Assembly (NCBI RefSeq): GCF_009834535.1
Contig: NC_045696.1
Coordinates: 115,012,001-115,076,000 of the forward strand
Origin: Camelus ferus
Taxonomy: Eukaryota
Direction: 5' to 3'
Length of the DNA: 64,000 bases
A program made the translations under genes and the position numbers. The notes under the pieces were generated by a model. That model saw only the letters and a program-made list of their open reading frames with translations. It ran no database searches and was not told the origin of the DNA. Shown piece after piece: positions 63,224-64,000 of the stretch (positions are counted from its first letter, which is position 1; each line of letters opens with the position of its first letter).

Positions 63224-63878
63224 TGATGCAGGAAAAACGAATGTGAGGCATGAGAAGGGCCATGTCCCAGGTCTCAGTTGAGCCCCTGGGATTCACCCCG
63301 CCAAATGTGGGTCCTTGGCTTCGTGCAGGAAAGAATTCAAGAGTGAGCCACACTTTAGTAAAGGTAGAATTATTTAGAGAGAAACATACTGCACAGAGTG
63401 CCGGCTGTCTCAGAAGGCAAGAGAAAGGCCATGAGGTGTGGGGGTTGGGTGCTCAAGGTTAAAGTAAAAGTAGGTACACACTCCATAGACAGAGTGCGGG
63501 CCATCTCTGAAGATGAGGGAGCCAGAGAGGCGGCCACAAGGTGTGGTGTCGCTAGATTTTATGGGCTCAGTAGCTTCACAGGCCTACAAGTGGGAAGGCT
63601 ATTCCAACTACCCTGGGAAAGGGGCTTGGATTCCCAGGAATTGGGCCACCACCTACTCTTTGACCTTTTATGGTCAGCCTTGGAACACCTGTGGGCATGT
63701 CATTTACCACGCTAATATATTACAATGAGCATATAATGAAGCTCAAGTTCTACTAGAAGTCAAATCTCCTGCCATCTTGAGCCTCAAGGCCTCCTGGGAG
63801 TCGAATCTTCTGCCATTCTGGTGTTAATTGCTGTCATTCCTTGAATGGCTATGCACTGCCCCCTTCCCTCCTGTCTCA
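63224..63878 (-). mobile_element. MER41-family solo LTR (ERV1)
   Basis: Minus strand starts tgagacagg and carries recalled MER41 blocks (caagatggc; tcattatatgctcattgtaatatattagc; aattcctgggaa..gcccctttccc; gaattctttcctgcacgaagccaaggaccc). TSD is not clean. Confidence 0.8.
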
Positions 63879-64000
63879 GTTCATTCTGATTTTGCAGCAG
63901 AATTGTGCTCTGTATGTTACTAACAGGGTCCCCAGAAATCAGAACTATGGTGTAGTTGTCAATTCTAGCTGTGCTCTGGATGCTTTATATGTCGTATAGA

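Noticed and set aside
1..64000. The ORF track as protein-coding genes
   Set aside because: All ORFs are 141 aa or shorter, many start at non-ATG codons, and they show no recognisable domains or consistent exon chain; many lie inside LTRs, L1s or MITEs.

Overview
Mammalian, non-coding, AT-rich and CpG-depleted genomic DNA. It is most likely camelid (alpaca/vicuna/camel), because it carries three tRNA-Ala-derived SINEs of the vic-1 type and cetartiodactyl-style L1 3' ends. I find no credible protein-coding gene, RNA gene, CRISPR array or prokaryote-like system. The listed ORFs are short chance frames or lie inside repeats; the only recognisable protein remnants are an L1 ORF2 C-terminus and a decayed ERV-L dUTPase. 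The window is a layered transposon record: old MIR, L2, L1M, MER5/20/58/3/63, MLT1/MLT2 and ERV-L elements, overlaid by younger L1 3' ends (three look 5'-inverted), six ERV1-class solo LTRs (four MER41-related) and SINEs. Between these lie repeat-poor blocks with enhancer-like signatures: CpG clusters at ~39.6-39.9 kb and ~44.8-45.2 kb, and a 3x20-bp PBX-HOX array at 33.7 kb. Repeat family names come from recalled consensus sequences, not from a search, and boundaries of old elements are approximate. I do not see a new biological system; the best leads are cis-regulatory or concern transposon architecture.
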